From the IMG/VR virus record IMGVR_UViG_3300035698_024280: DNA of 64,000 nucleotides; one strand, 5' to 3'. Below are positions 30,067 through 38,708 of this stretch, piece by piece. The notes under the pieces were generated by a model. It searched no databases, was not told the DNA's origin, and saw nothing but the letters and a program-made list of their open reading frames with translations. The first letter of the stretch is position 1. Each line of letters opens with the position of its first letter. Source of the stretch: a virus. The translations under genes and the position numbers were made by a program.

Positions 30067-30899
30067 TATACTCCTGTAGTCTTATCCCAAGCAGATACGT
30101 GCAGTCTTGTTAATCCGCGTACTCTATATTTCTTAGCTAATTCCATACACATAGCAGTCTTCGTATGGAAGTCTTTCTGATCATCAAGCGCCGGCATAAT
30201 ACACACCTTAGAGAGCGGTATATTAAATGGTGTAATATAGCTATCTATAGCTTCTAACATATCTTCTTCTCCAGAAACAACAAATTTAAATGTATAGTTA
30301 CCATTGGCCAAAGACATTATAGATTCAATAGCTGCTGGGACAATCCGCTGCTGCTCACTCATCCCAGAATTAGAAAGTTTAGCACTACAATTAATTTGAG
30401 AAAGTTCCGCTAACAGTTCTGGACTCATCTCAATTGTACCATTTGTTTCTATTTCGTTATAGGGCAAATACCACAATTCATTATTTTCGCAGTACGCTTC
30501 AAAGTAATCCATAAAGGATATAATAGATTTAGAATTTCTAGGTAATGAAGGCTCCCCCCCTGTCCATATTAGATGAATATCACCAATAGCAATTTCCTTT
30601 ATTAAATTTTGCTCGTTCCACCTATTCAATAAATAATCCATTGGCTTCTTATGACCGAATGTCCAGACTGGAATAGTATCACAAGTCCATGTTGCTTTCC
30701 CACTCTCGTGAAGATCTCCTTTAAATGATCCAGAGTCTACAGCGCCCTCTCCTTGTGACTTAACATCTTTAACTAGAGCATTAGAAGCTCCGCATGTTAA
30801 GTTACAATCTCTTAATCTAACAAAATAAGCGGGTACTCCTGTTGAGAACCCCTCCCCCTGTATAGAATAAAAATCTTCTGATATAGTAATATTATCCAT
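30066..30899 (-). CDS. queE: 7-carboxy-7-deazaguanine synthase (radical SAM)
   Basis: E.FYSIQGEG...G.PA.FVRL..CNL.C...CDT, TGGEP, IETNGT, SAKL.NSG, FKFVV, RLHV..W. Confidence 0.92.
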   Translation of the reverse strand: MDNITISEDFYSIQGEGFSTGVPAYFVRLRDCNLTCGASNALVKDVKSQGEGAVDSGSFKGDLHESGKATWTCDTIPVWTFGHKKPMDYLLNRWNEQNLIKEIAIGDIHLIWTGGEPSLPRNSKSIISFMDYFEAYCENNELWYLPYNEIETNGTIEMSPELLAELSQINCSAKLSNSGMSEQQRIVPAAIESIMSLANGNYTFKFVVSGEEDMLEAIDSYITPFNIPLSKVCIMPALDDQKDFHTKTAMCMELAKKYRVRGLTRLHVSAWDKTTGV

Positions 30900-30952
30900 A
30901 AAACAATTGTAATATCATCTTTAAAATCTTCAACTACCTATTAAATAATAAT

Positions 30953-31219
30953 ATGAGAAAATTTAATAGAACGTTTTCAGATGCAGTTAATACTGCAAAA
31001 TATCTGAGCGATGAGGTAATTACTGAATCAGTAGATCTTCACGCTGTCGTAGCTGACGCACTCCAGGAAGATGAAGAGGCAGAAGAAGAGTCAAACCCTC
31101 TAGCTGCTGCAGTCGCCATCGCATCAGAGGTAGGCGACGATGAAGAAGATTCAGACTTACAAAATATTGAAAAGCAGGCTAAAAACACTCTTAGAGATAC
31201 TGCTAGGTATCTCCAATAG
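30953..31219 (+). CDS. Small acidic late protein
   Basis: TAAATA 7 nt before ATG; MRKFN..F....I.ES. Confidence 0.55.
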   Translation: MRKFNRTFSDAVNTAKYLSDEVITESVDLHAVVADALQEDEEAEEESNPLAAAVAIASEVGDDEEDSDLQNIEKQAKNTLRDTARYLQ

Positions 31220-31222
31220 AAT

Positions 31223-31513
31223 TTATAATCCCATTATTCTATTTGCCAATGGAGTTTGTTCTCCATGTTTCTCTCTTTGTCTCTCAAGGTCTCTCTTAGG
31301 GTAAACCTCATCGTGTAAATCCATAACCAAAGAGATTAACTTAAGCTTAGACATGCCCTCTGTACTTCCAAAGGTTACAGATCTTCTAGGGCTCTTCTTA
31401 GATAAGTCTTTTATTATTGCAGACAATGCCTCTTCTGGCAATGCCTCTAATTCAGTATTAAAATCGTCCATTGACTCTTTCATTATACTATTTGCTATTT
31501 CATCGAATTTCAT
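31223..31513 (-). CDS. Small late protein
   Basis: MKFDEIANSIMKES N-terminus shared with neighbours. Confidence 0.55.
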   Translation of the reverse strand: MKFDEIANSIMKESMDDFNTELEALPEEALSAIIKDLSKKSPRRSVTFGSTEGMSKLKLISLVMDLHDEVYPKRDLERQREKHGEQTPLANRIMGL

Positions 31514-31718
31514 AATATCGGGGTCGACCACCGCAGCACCGCAGCCGCGCCGGTCTTAAAATCTTCCTATTCTACTTGAGGCCTCCTGCATCTTTAGCTA
31601 TAGGTCGGGGGATACAGCGACCAGCTGGTTTATATACCATAGATAAATTAGCCAGAAATCTCTTAAGGCCAGACTTCACAGCTTTATAATCCGTATCTTT
31701 ATATCTATTTTTCATATT

Positions 31719-32087
31719 TCAACGTTCGAATTCATCTCGATATAGCTCATCATAAGCTACGTCCATTCCGATAGAAGATACAAAACGTTCGACCATATCA
31801 CCTGTTCCACAATCCCCGTCATATCCCCAGGCGGTGTTATCAAACTCAGTAATAAACTCCTTTACTGCATCTTTTAATTCATCGTGGGAGATCTCCTCTG
31901 CATTTTCTTCGATCCCTCTCCGGATCTCTCTCTTACCAGAGTTCCTAATTTTCTTATTAATCTCGCGGCTCTCATATTTATTGCGGTGCTTGTTCCAGCC
32001 TGCGCTGTGCTTTTGTCTCTTCTCCGCTCTATGAGTTCCTGCGTTTTCTATAATAATTTTATTTGCTATTTCGTTAAATTTGTTCAT
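31719..32087 (-). CDS. Small late protein
   Basis: MNKFNEIANKIIIEN N-terminus. Confidence 0.6.
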   Translation of the reverse strand: MNKFNEIANKIIIENAGTHRAEKRQKHSAGWNKHRNKYESREINKKIRNSGKREIRRGIEENAEEISHDELKDAVKEFITEFDNTAWGYDGDCGTGDMVERFVSSIGMDVAYDELYRDEFER

Positions 32088-32090
32088 ATC

Positions 32091-32333
32091 TTAAATTTCG
32101 AATACTTCAGGGTCTTCAGTACGTAAGTAGTTTAAGACAGCCTCCGTAAAAATTTCATTATCTTCATGCCCTACGTAAAAGGCAGCGGGATATATAGACT
32201 CCTCTATAGGGGTATCGCTAACTGAGAAGGCACCTACTGCGAAGTGAGCTGCGTTAACTACTTCTACATCAGTAAAAGCCGTTGGTTGTTGCTCTCTTAA
32301 TAGAGTATCTGCAATTTTATTAAATTTATGCAT
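32091..32333 (-). CDS. Small late protein
   Basis: MHKFNKIADTLLRE; TATAAATA 6 nt before ATG. Confidence 0.6.
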   Translation of the reverse strand: MHKFNKIADTLLREQQPTAFTDVEVVNAAHFAVGAFSVSDTPIEESIYPAAFYVGHEDNEIFTEAVLNYLRTEDPEVFEI

Positions 32334-32652
32334 ATAGTTATTTATATGAATGAATGATATTTATATGCCTTCGGCATGACTTAACTCCCTATTCTCTATA
32401 TAGTCCATAGAAACAGTGTAATAAAAAAATCTAAGAAACCCCCAGGGGCCCTATAGAGTTATAGAATTTGCAAAATATAATTTTCGCGGAGCATGCACAA
32501 ACTGCTATCCAAAAACCGGCAGAGCTATTAGTCTAGTTCGCACGCCCTGGGCTCTAGAGCCCCCGCTCTCTGAGACATCGCGGCTCTCTCTAACCACCCC
32601 CCTCATTCTAAAAGCGACCGTCATAAACGATGGCGCCTGGCACAATGATACA

Positions 32653-32937
32653 TCAGTCATTGGATAGACTGATGACTGTATCCAATGACAGTGCCTTAAA
32701 AGATCTCATGTACCATGTATCACTTCGAGCGCCTAGATCGAACCACGGTCGATGGCGATGGACAGCATCACCGATGAGAGGCATTCTTATTGATCGGACG
32801 ACTGTGCCACGTTTGGCTGATTCAAATAGAACAACAACGGACGTATACCCTACCGGTAAACAGTCATTGATTACCTTACCCAGGAAAGGATATGATGGAG
32901 TGTCTGGCTTCTCCTGCTTCATCATTGTTGATTTCAT
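32653..32937 (-). CDS. Family A paralog 7 (YP..G/VLF/G..W..F motif)
   Basis: Motif shared by seven tandem ORFs. Confidence 0.75.
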   Translation of the reverse strand: MKSTMMKQEKPDTPSYPFLGKVINDCLPVGYTSVVVLFESAKRGTVVRSIRMPLIGDAVHRHRPWFDLGARSDTWYMRSFKALSLDTVISLSND

Positions 32938-32938
32938 A

Positions 32939-33415
32939 TCAGCTATTAACTAAATTGATGCTATAGTTCGCAGGCAACACTGCAAAGTCTGCTTCGTTCC
33001 AAGTGGTAGCATGGAAGCCTAAACCATACGCTTTGCCTACAATGTGTCGGGTCTGTGACCCTTCGCATTGCGATTGCGCCGTCGATTCGTCGTCGCCGTC
33101 GCCCATAAGAATTAGCTGATCATCATAAGTTTCTGTGGCGGGTTTCGGGGATGTAATGCCACCTTCATCAGAGATGGTATCATTAAATGTCGATGCAGGC
33201 GCCATCTTCTTCTTCGGAGCTGCCACCGCTTTAGGAGGGAAGGGGTGCTCTGGGTAACCTGGTCCGGGGTCAACGACTGTGCCACATTTTGGAGCGACGA
33301 ATAGTACGACGACGTCCTTCCTCCCGGAAGTGGCATAGCCTGGCTTCATAATTCCGAGGTAGGGGTAGGCTGGTTTTGCATCGTCAGTGATGCTATTAAT
33401 TTTGGTAACTTTCAT
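32939..33415 (-). CDS. Family A paralog 6, with low-complexity insertion
   Basis: YPYLG..VVLF..PK.GTV..[~70 aa insert]..G....W.E.DF. Confidence 0.75.
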   Translation of the reverse strand: MKVTKINSITDDAKPAYPYLGIMKPGYATSGRKDVVVLFVAPKCGTVVDPGPGYPEHPFPPKAVAAPKKKMAPASTFNDTISDEGGITSPKPATETYDDQLILMGDGDDESTAQSQCEGSQTRHIVGKAYGLGFHATTWNEADFAVLPANYSINLVNS

Positions 33416-33416
33416 A

Positions 33417-33683
33417 TTATGTGTTGTATGTGTTTGTTAAAATAATTTCTTCACCAACGGGCAGCTCTTTGAATGCTTTTTCATCCCACTTAGTGTGAAA
33501 TGATCCTACCCTGGTCATTACTGTGCCACTGCCGATCAGAATCACTCCTGTCTTCGGTGCTGTGAACAACACTACCGTCCCTACATTGATGGAGTGCTTT
33601 GCTTCTGTAATATATCCCAAATAAGGATATTTCCGAGGGGGGTCGTCTTGGGGTTTGTCGCTTCGTCTGCGTGTAGTCTTCAT
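33417..33683 (-). CDS. Family A paralog 5
   Basis: YPYLG..VVLFT.PKTG..GSF..KWDE..F. Confidence 0.75.
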   Translation of the reverse strand: MKTTRRRSDKPQDDPPRKYPYLGYITEAKHSINVGTVVLFTAPKTGVILIGSGTVMTRVGSFHTKWDEKAFKELPVGEEIILTNTYNT

Positions 33684-33687
33684 ATTA

Positions 33688-33951
33688 TTAGTTAGACAGA
33701 TTAACCTCGGCGGTGTTTGATAGAGCCTTAAATGATGATTCACTCCAGTCCGTCCTAAATTCTCCGATTGCACCATAGTAGCTGCTCTCGTCCCTCGTCG
33801 ACCTGCCTTGCATAACTAACGTCCCTGTATTCTTGGATATAAATAATACTACTGCATTATAGGCGTAGTCCTCAATATCATCAATACACGCGAGGTAAGG
33901 ATAAACATTATCTGTTGCTGTATCGGCTTTGTCCAGCATGGTTGATTTCAT
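33688..33951 (-). CDS. Family A paralog 4
   Basis: YPYL..VVLF...TG..GEF..DWSE.SF. Confidence 0.75.
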   Translation of the reverse strand: MKSTMLDKADTATDNVYPYLACIDDIEDYAYNAVVLFISKNTGTLVMQGRSTRDESSYYGAIGEFRTDWSESSFKALSNTAEVNLSN

Positions 33952-33952
33952 A

Positions 33953-34270
33953 TTAGCTGTTAGTGATTGTTACGGTTTTGGCGGCTGGGAGCTTTTTGAA
34001 TGAATCTTCATGCCAGTCTGGGCTATACACTCCAATAGCAAAACGTCCCGCCCAGTTCACTGTTCTGCTAGTCGTTGAGGTCCCGTCGACTCTTGGATCT
34101 ATCCCGATAACCATCCCAGAGCCTGGAGCGTTGAACAGTACAAATAATGCAATGTGATGAACAACGACGGCGCGCTCAAATGGGTGCGCATAAGGGTGGA
34201 GCTCTCCGATGAGCGGGTAAGTTGTTTCTCCCATTAGTGCGGGGGTAGTCTTTTGAACTTTCGATTTCAT
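33953..34270 (-). CDS. Family A paralog 3
   Basis: Recent duplicate of 34272..34589 (long identical DNA stretches). Confidence 0.8.
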   Translation of the reverse strand: MKSKVQKTTPALMGETTYPLIGELHPYAHPFERAVVVHHIALFVLFNAPGSGMVIGIDPRVDGTSTTSRTVNWAGRFAIGVYSPDWHEDSFKKLPAAKTVTITNS

Positions 34271-34271
34271 A

Positions 34272-34589
34272 TTAAGTGTAAGCGATTGTTACGGTTTTGG
34301 CTGCTGGGAGATATTTGAATGAATCTTCATGCCAGTTGGAGCTATACTTACCAAAAGTAAAACGTTTCGCCCAGTTCACTGTTCTGCTAGTCGTCGAGCT
34401 TCCGTCGACTTTTGGATCTGTTCCGATAACCATCCCAGAGCCAGGGGTAGTGAACAGTACAAGCAGCTCAACAGGCGTGAGCACCGACCCTGTGTCGAAT
34501 GGGTGCATACCTGGCGTGAGCTCACCAATATAAGGATATGTAACGTTTTTAACTGGTTGAGGGGCAATATTGTTAACTGTCGAGCTCAT
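34272..34589 (-). CDS. Family A paralog 2
   Basis: YPYIG..VLF..PGSGMV..WHEDSFK. Confidence 0.8.
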   Translation of the reverse strand: MSSTVNNIAPQPVKNVTYPYIGELTPGMHPFDTGSVLTPVELLVLFTTPGSGMVIGTDPKVDGSSTTSRTVNWAKRFTFGKYSSNWHEDSFKYLPAAKTVTIAYT

Positions 34590-34590
34590 A

Positions 34591-34869
34591 TTAGCTGTTA
34601 GATAAATTGACTTCTAAACCAAAAGGAAGAACAGTAAAACTAAGTTCATCCCAATCTGTATTATAGACTCCAACTTTAAAAGGAGAATTCTTCGTTGCGC
34701 CTGCTGCAACAATCATCCCACGTGAATTACCATTAAACAATACAGCAATATCATAAGGCTCAAGTACGCAATCCGTTTCCTCCGTAACAGCATTCATAAG
34801 AACACCGATGTAAGGATATACCCTTGCGGGCTGTCCGACACCTTCAATTTTTGTAACACTAGTTTTCAT
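34591..34869 (-). CDS. Family A paralog 1
   Basis: YPYIG..VLF...RGMIV..G....WDE.SF; first gene after the promoter at ~34908-34931. Confidence 0.8.
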   Translation of the reverse strand: MKTSVTKIEGVGQPARVYPYIGVLMNAVTEETDCVLEPYDIAVLFNGNSRGMIVAAGATKNSPFKVGVYNTDWDELSFTVLPFGLEVNLSNS

Positions 34870-34931
34870 ATTTAATAATTTTGTTTACCTTAGCCTCATT
34901 GGCCTTAATATAATTATACGAGGGTTCCTAT

Positions 34932-35375
34932 TTAAACGATCTTGATGCGACCTGGTCGCAGCGACAATTGTCGCATTTCAAAGATAAGTTCATTGTCAAT
35001 GAACATCGAGTTATACTTAGCTTCAGCTTCAGTGACTGCGGCTCGAGTCGCAGCTATATCAGCAACTGTCCAAACATTGTATTCATTAAGAGTATCAACA
35101 TCCGTTTGCCACTTTTGAATCAACTTAACTCTTTCATCATCGATATCATCCGCTACCTTATCCTCAGGACCTACCCTGAGCCACCCGTTACGGGCGAGCA
35201 CCGGATCTAAGGTATAATTAATGATATATTTACCCCCCATTAAAACCGATGCCGCGACCGAATAATCTGGATGGAAGGTGTCAATAATTCCGATATATTC
35301 TTGACCAATGACTAATTCATATCTTTGGACCGGTTGCGCTTCACTGTCGACGATTGTATTATTTGTTACTGCCAT
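34932..35375 (-). CDS. Hypothetical protein, paralog of 35397..35759
   Basis: RYEL....IGIIDTFHP.Y shared; leaderless promoter. Confidence 0.75.
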   Translation of the reverse strand: MAVTNNTIVDSEAQPVQRYELVIGQEYIGIIDTFHPDYSVAASVLMGGKYIINYTLDPVLARNGWLRVGPEDKVADDIDDERVKLIQKWQTDVDTLNEYNVWTVADIAATRAAVTEAEAKYNSMFIDNELIFEMRQLSLRPGRIKIV

Positions 35376-35396
35376 ACTATAATTATACGGGAGTTC

Positions 35397-35759
35397 CTAT
35401 GTCGTCGCATAATTAAATAGCGATCGATATGCATTGCGGGTCTCCATCATAGCATACATTGCTTGATGAATATCCTTAGGAGTGATAGTATTAGCATCAT
35501 TGAGCTCATCACAGTGCTTCTGCATTGTCTCGTGGAGAGTTATAGCATCGGAGTGAAGAATAAGATTAGACTCACGAGTCGACCCCTGGAGTTGGTGATG
35601 ATCGTCGATAGTATTAAATGCAACAACATATGGTGAAAGGCGATCTAACCGTTCTCTCCCTGGCTTCACGTCTGCGTACGATGGGTGGAAGGTGTCAATG
35701 ATTGCGATGCAGCGGATTCTATCATCTAATTCATATCGGTCGTTTGTAGTTGCTTGCAT
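35397..35759 (-). CDS. Hypothetical protein, paralog of 34932..35375
   Basis: RYEL....IAIIDTFHPSY. Confidence 0.7.
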   Translation of the reverse strand: MQATTNDRYELDDRIRCIAIIDTFHPSYADVKPGRERLDRLSPYVVAFNTIDDHHQLQGSTRESNLILHSDAITLHETMQKHCDELNDANTITPKDIHQAMYAMMETRNAYRSLFNYATT

Positions 35760-35787
35760 TATAATCTTTCGTTTTTGGGTGTATTTG

Positions 35788-36033
35788 TTATGACATCGAA
35801 TCATCGTCAGCTGCATCCTCGAAATCATCGATTGCGCAATCGATGATTTTGGCGATGTCTATCTCCGACACTCCCTGGTAGTAAAACTTCTCTTTTAGTA
35901 CCCTGAGATCATAAGTGGTTTTGCACATGTTTGAAACGCTCCCATTGTCCAATTTAATTTGAATAGTATTCCATTTTGACTGTTGAAGCGTCTTGTATTC
36001 CTCAGCCGTTGCAAGTCTAGTTAATTTATCCAT
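35788..36033 (-). CDS. Hypothetical protein, duplicate of 36077..36322
   Basis: KLTRLATA.EY..L..S.WNTI.IKL.NG; own promoter. Confidence 0.8.
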   Translation of the reverse strand: MDKLTRLATAEEYKTLQQSKWNTIQIKLDNGSVSNMCKTTYDLRVLKEKFYYQGVSEIDIAKIIDCAIDDFEDAADDDSMS

Positions 36034-36076
36034 ATTATTATTATACAGGGGTTACCTTTATTGAGCGTATTTGTTA

Positions 36077-36322
36077 TTACCACGAATCATCGTAATCAGA
36101 ACCTCTCAATGCCTCGATCGAAACGCAATTGGCCAATTCATCGATGTCCTCCATCGATACCCCTTGGGAGAGAAGCTTCTCCTTTATTACCCTGAGATCA
36201 TAACTGACTCTGCACAGTGTAGCTTTGCGCCCATTGGCCAATTTAATTTCAATAGTATTCCATCGAGAAGCTTTAAGCATCTCGTATTCATCAGCCGTTG
36301 CAAGTCTAGTTAATTTTACCAT
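36077..36322 (-). CDS. Hypothetical protein, duplicate of 35788..36033
   Basis: Same motif; own promoter. Confidence 0.8.
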   Translation of the reverse strand: MVKLTRLATADEYEMLKASRWNTIEIKLANGRKATLCRVSYDLRVIKEKLLSQGVSMEDIDELANCVSIEALRGSDYDDSW

Positions 36323-36329
36323 ACTATTA

Positions 36330-36638
36330 TTATACAGGGGTTCCGTCTACTATAAAATCATCTGGTGATGAGGGCAGCTTCTCCCTTTCGCCGCTCAGGA
36401 GTTGATCAATCTCAGCATCTAAATCCTCAGAAGACCTTTCGCTCAGCCCCGCCGCCAAATCCATAACAGCCCAGTCCAGGCTAGAGCTGCTAGGGTCATT
36501 TAAGATCCTTGATCTGAGGGATTTATAGCGCTCCTGACCTGCAACGAATCGCTTGTACTCTGCTAAGAGTTCGGTTTCAATGAGGGATGACACTTCGGCT
36601 TCTGTGGGCTCTGTCGAGGTATGTTCTGATTCTGTCAT
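36330..36638 (-). CDS. Hypothetical protein, paralog of 36658..36882
   Basis: RYK.L...I...WAV.D....LDA.IDQ.L; start set at the promoter ATG. Confidence 0.75.
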   Translation of the reverse strand: MTESEHTSTEPTEAEVSSLIETELLAEYKRFVAGQERYKSLRSRILNDPSSSSLDWAVMDLAAGLSERSSEDLDAEIDQLLSGEREKLPSSPDDFIVDGTPV

Positions 36639-36657
36639 ACTATTATTATACAGGGGT

Positions 36658-36882
36658 TCAGTCAGCGCCGAGTAAAAACTGATCAATCGCGGCATCTAAA
36701 TTATCTGGAGACATTGAAGTTACTTCAACTGCCCAATCCAGAACAGCCCAGGTTACTCCATCGCTGCCATCCTCGTATGTGATCTTTTCTTTGAGAGCTT
36801 TGTAGCGTCGCTCATTGAGTTCCATTCGATCGATCTTCTCTAAGACCTCCTCTAATGGTAGTATAAGTTGTGATTCTGGCAT
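36658..36882 (-). CDS. Hypothetical protein, paralog of 36330..36638
   Basis: Same motif. Confidence 0.75.
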   Translation of the reverse strand: MPESQLILPLEEVLEKIDRMELNERRYKALKEKITYEDGSDGVTWAVLDWAVEVTSMSPDNLDAAIDQFLLGAD

Positions 36883-36943
36883 AATATAATTATATGTGAG
36901 TGGCGGGGCTCGTCTTGAGATTTATCAGGAGTGAAGCTGCTTT

Positions 36944-37150
36944 TTATCTAATCCAAAAATCAGCAGTTGCATAAGCGGTATCGTCTGTAGTCTTGTCATT
37001 GACTGCAATGATCAGCTCACTCATTTGTTTGGGGGTGATCTTACGCTCGACGACCCATTGGAAGATGACCTTATTATTCTCTGCATTGGGTCTATCATTA
37101 GCAACCATCTTCGCTTTTGCTTCGTCGAATTCTTCTGTACTAACTTTCAT
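36944..37150 (-). CDS. Hypothetical early protein
   Basis: Leaderless promoter at its ATG. Confidence 0.7.
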   Translation of the reverse strand: MKVSTEEFDEAKAKMVANDRPNAENNKVIFQWVVERKITPKQMSELIIAVNDKTTDDTAYATADFWIR

Positions 37151-37193
37151 AATATAATTATACGGATGTTCCTAATATCAGCTCCACTAATTT

Positions 37194-37487
37194 TTAGTTA
37201 GTGAAATTGATCGATTTGCCTCGAACATCTCTAAAGAACTCCTCTTGAGTTAAATAATCAACTGCCCGGTCCATGCTACCTGTCCAAGAGCAGCGGTCTT
37301 CTGTAACTGAGATAGCGACCGGGTACGTCTCCCAAGCCACAACTTGATCTTCAGTGAAGCATCTCCTTTGCCCTACCCAATCAGTCCAATTGAAGACTCG
37401 TTGGAGCTCCTGCAAATTATTGCAGATCACCATGAAATCTTTTCCTGTTGCTCTAAGAGCAACTTTAACTTTTGTACGTTCTTGCAT
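37194..37487 (-). CDS. Hypothetical protein
   Basis: 97 aa, co-oriented with neighbours. Confidence 0.6.
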   Translation of the reverse strand: MQERTKVKVALRATGKDFMVICNNLQELQRVFNWTDWVGQRRCFTEDQVVAWETYPVAISVTEDRCSWTGSMDRAVDYLTQEEFFRDVRGKSINFTN

Positions 37488-37510
37488 ATTAAAAATAGGT
37501 TTAAATTATA

Positions 37511-37684
37511 TTACCAGCGATTGAGATTAACTCTATATTGGCGATGCTTGCGGATGTATGAGACCTGACAGCGGATCATTTCTCGATGATTCCGTCGAGC
37601 TGAATCTGAACAGATGTTAAATCGATTTGCCATCAGGCTTCGGATGGTACTCATAACCCTATCTTCGTAATTGTAATCTTCCAT
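37511..37684 (-). CDS. 57 aa basic early protein, missing from ORF track
   Basis: MEDYNYEDRVMSTIRSLMANRF...; promoter TAGGAACTGCTGTATAATTAGAGTATG. Confidence 0.7.
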   Translation of the reverse strand: MEDYNYEDRVMSTIRSLMANRFNICSDSARRNHREMIRCQVSYIRKHRQYRVNLNRW

Positions 37685-37723
37685 ACTCTAATTATACAGC
37701 AGTTCCTATAATGCTGCACTATA

Positions 37724-38065
37724 TCAGCTATGAATATTGAACGGCATCCCACCAATCAGCAAATGCCTCGACTTATGAAGGCGGAGTATTTTACGATTGC
37801 ATTTAACCCATTTGTTACCAGCACGACGAGCGTTTGTTTCCGCGTCTTTATTGGTCCAAAATCCAGCGAGCATCTGACTAGTTGGGCAGATGCTGGACGG
37901 AGAGAACTTAAAATACTTCTTCTTAAGAGCTTTAATCCTTTGATTTGCATCTCTGAGCTCTTCTTCTAGACTGAGAATCTGATTGTCAATGTCTAAGATT
38001 GTTTTACTATTTGTATAACTCATACTATCATTATGCGGCATTGCCGTATTAATTGCGAATTGACT
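37724..38065 (-). CDS. Hypothetical coiled-coil protein (start uncertain)
   Basis: LDIDNQILSLEEELRDANQRIKALKKK heptads. Confidence 0.5.
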   Translation of the reverse strand, partial: SQFAINTAMPHNDSMSYTNSKTILDIDNQILSLEEELRDANQRIKALKKKYFKFSPSSICPTSQMLAGFWTNKDAETNARRAGNKWVKCNRKILRLHKSRHLLIGGMPFNIHS

Positions 38066-38228
38066 CCCACAAATCGGCCCACTCAACCTCGTCATTGCTC
38101 TTTTCATCTGGTGTGAGATGATCAACTCCCTTCATGAAGTTATTTGCATCGTGCCGTTTCTTCTCTAGAACGCGCTCTTCTTTGAGTCTCTCTACGATGT
38201 TTTTATTTTGTTGCTCTATAGTTATCAT
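38049..38228 (-). CDS. Hypothetical protein
   Basis: MITIEQQNK..., co-oriented. Confidence 0.5.
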   Translation of the reverse strand: MITIEQQNKNIVERLKEERVLEKKRHDANNFMKGVDHLTPDEKSNDEVEWADLWESIRN

Positions 38229-38232
38229 AGTA

Positions 38233-38433
38233 TTAGCTCCAGTCTGTCTCACCAGCACCTCGACGAAGTACTTTCATCTCCCCTCGCTCGCGACCTTGAA
38301 CCTCATAATACTCTCTTCTGAACTTTAGAATATCACTGATCGAATCGAATTTATGCCCTGTTGAAATGTCTAGGAATTTATCTGGATGAGGGAATAAATC
38401 CTCTTGCATCTGCTTAAAAAAATCGGTGCTCAT
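38233..38433 (-). CDS. Hypothetical protein
   Basis: 66 aa, co-oriented. Confidence 0.55.
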   Translation of the reverse strand: MSTDFFKQMQEDLFPHPDKFLDISTGHKFDSISDILKFRREYYEVQGRERGEMKVLRRGAGETDWS

Positions 38434-38452
38434 ATTATAAATATATTAGTTG

Positions 38453-38695
38453 TTAAACTTGTTGGAGAGCGGCATCCCACCCGTTTTCAAATTGAGCTGA
38501 AACGATTTCGTTTAGAAATTCCCCTTCAGTTTTATCTGAAGACCAATAGAAAAGATTCTCCCATCCCCGAATAACAAATCGAGGGGCAGGAATTTTTCTA
38601 TTGAGAAGTTCTGGGCTATTAATTGATCGATCTTCGACGGTAAATCCATACCAGTCTGACATCTTACGAATGAGGGGATTGAGTGACTTTTCCAT
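38453..38695 (-). CDS. Hypothetical protein
   Basis: 80 aa, co-oriented. Confidence 0.6.
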   Translation of the reverse strand: MEKSLNPLIRKMSDWYGFTVEDRSINSPELLNRKIPAPRFVIRGWENLFYWSSDKTEGEFLNEIVSAQFENGWDAALQQV

Positions 38696-38708
38696 ATTAT
38701 AATTGTGT

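Noticed and set aside
31525-31715. GC-rich patch and 40 aa ORF as a possible RNA element
   Set aside because: No stable long helix or recognisable motif could be supported by eye.
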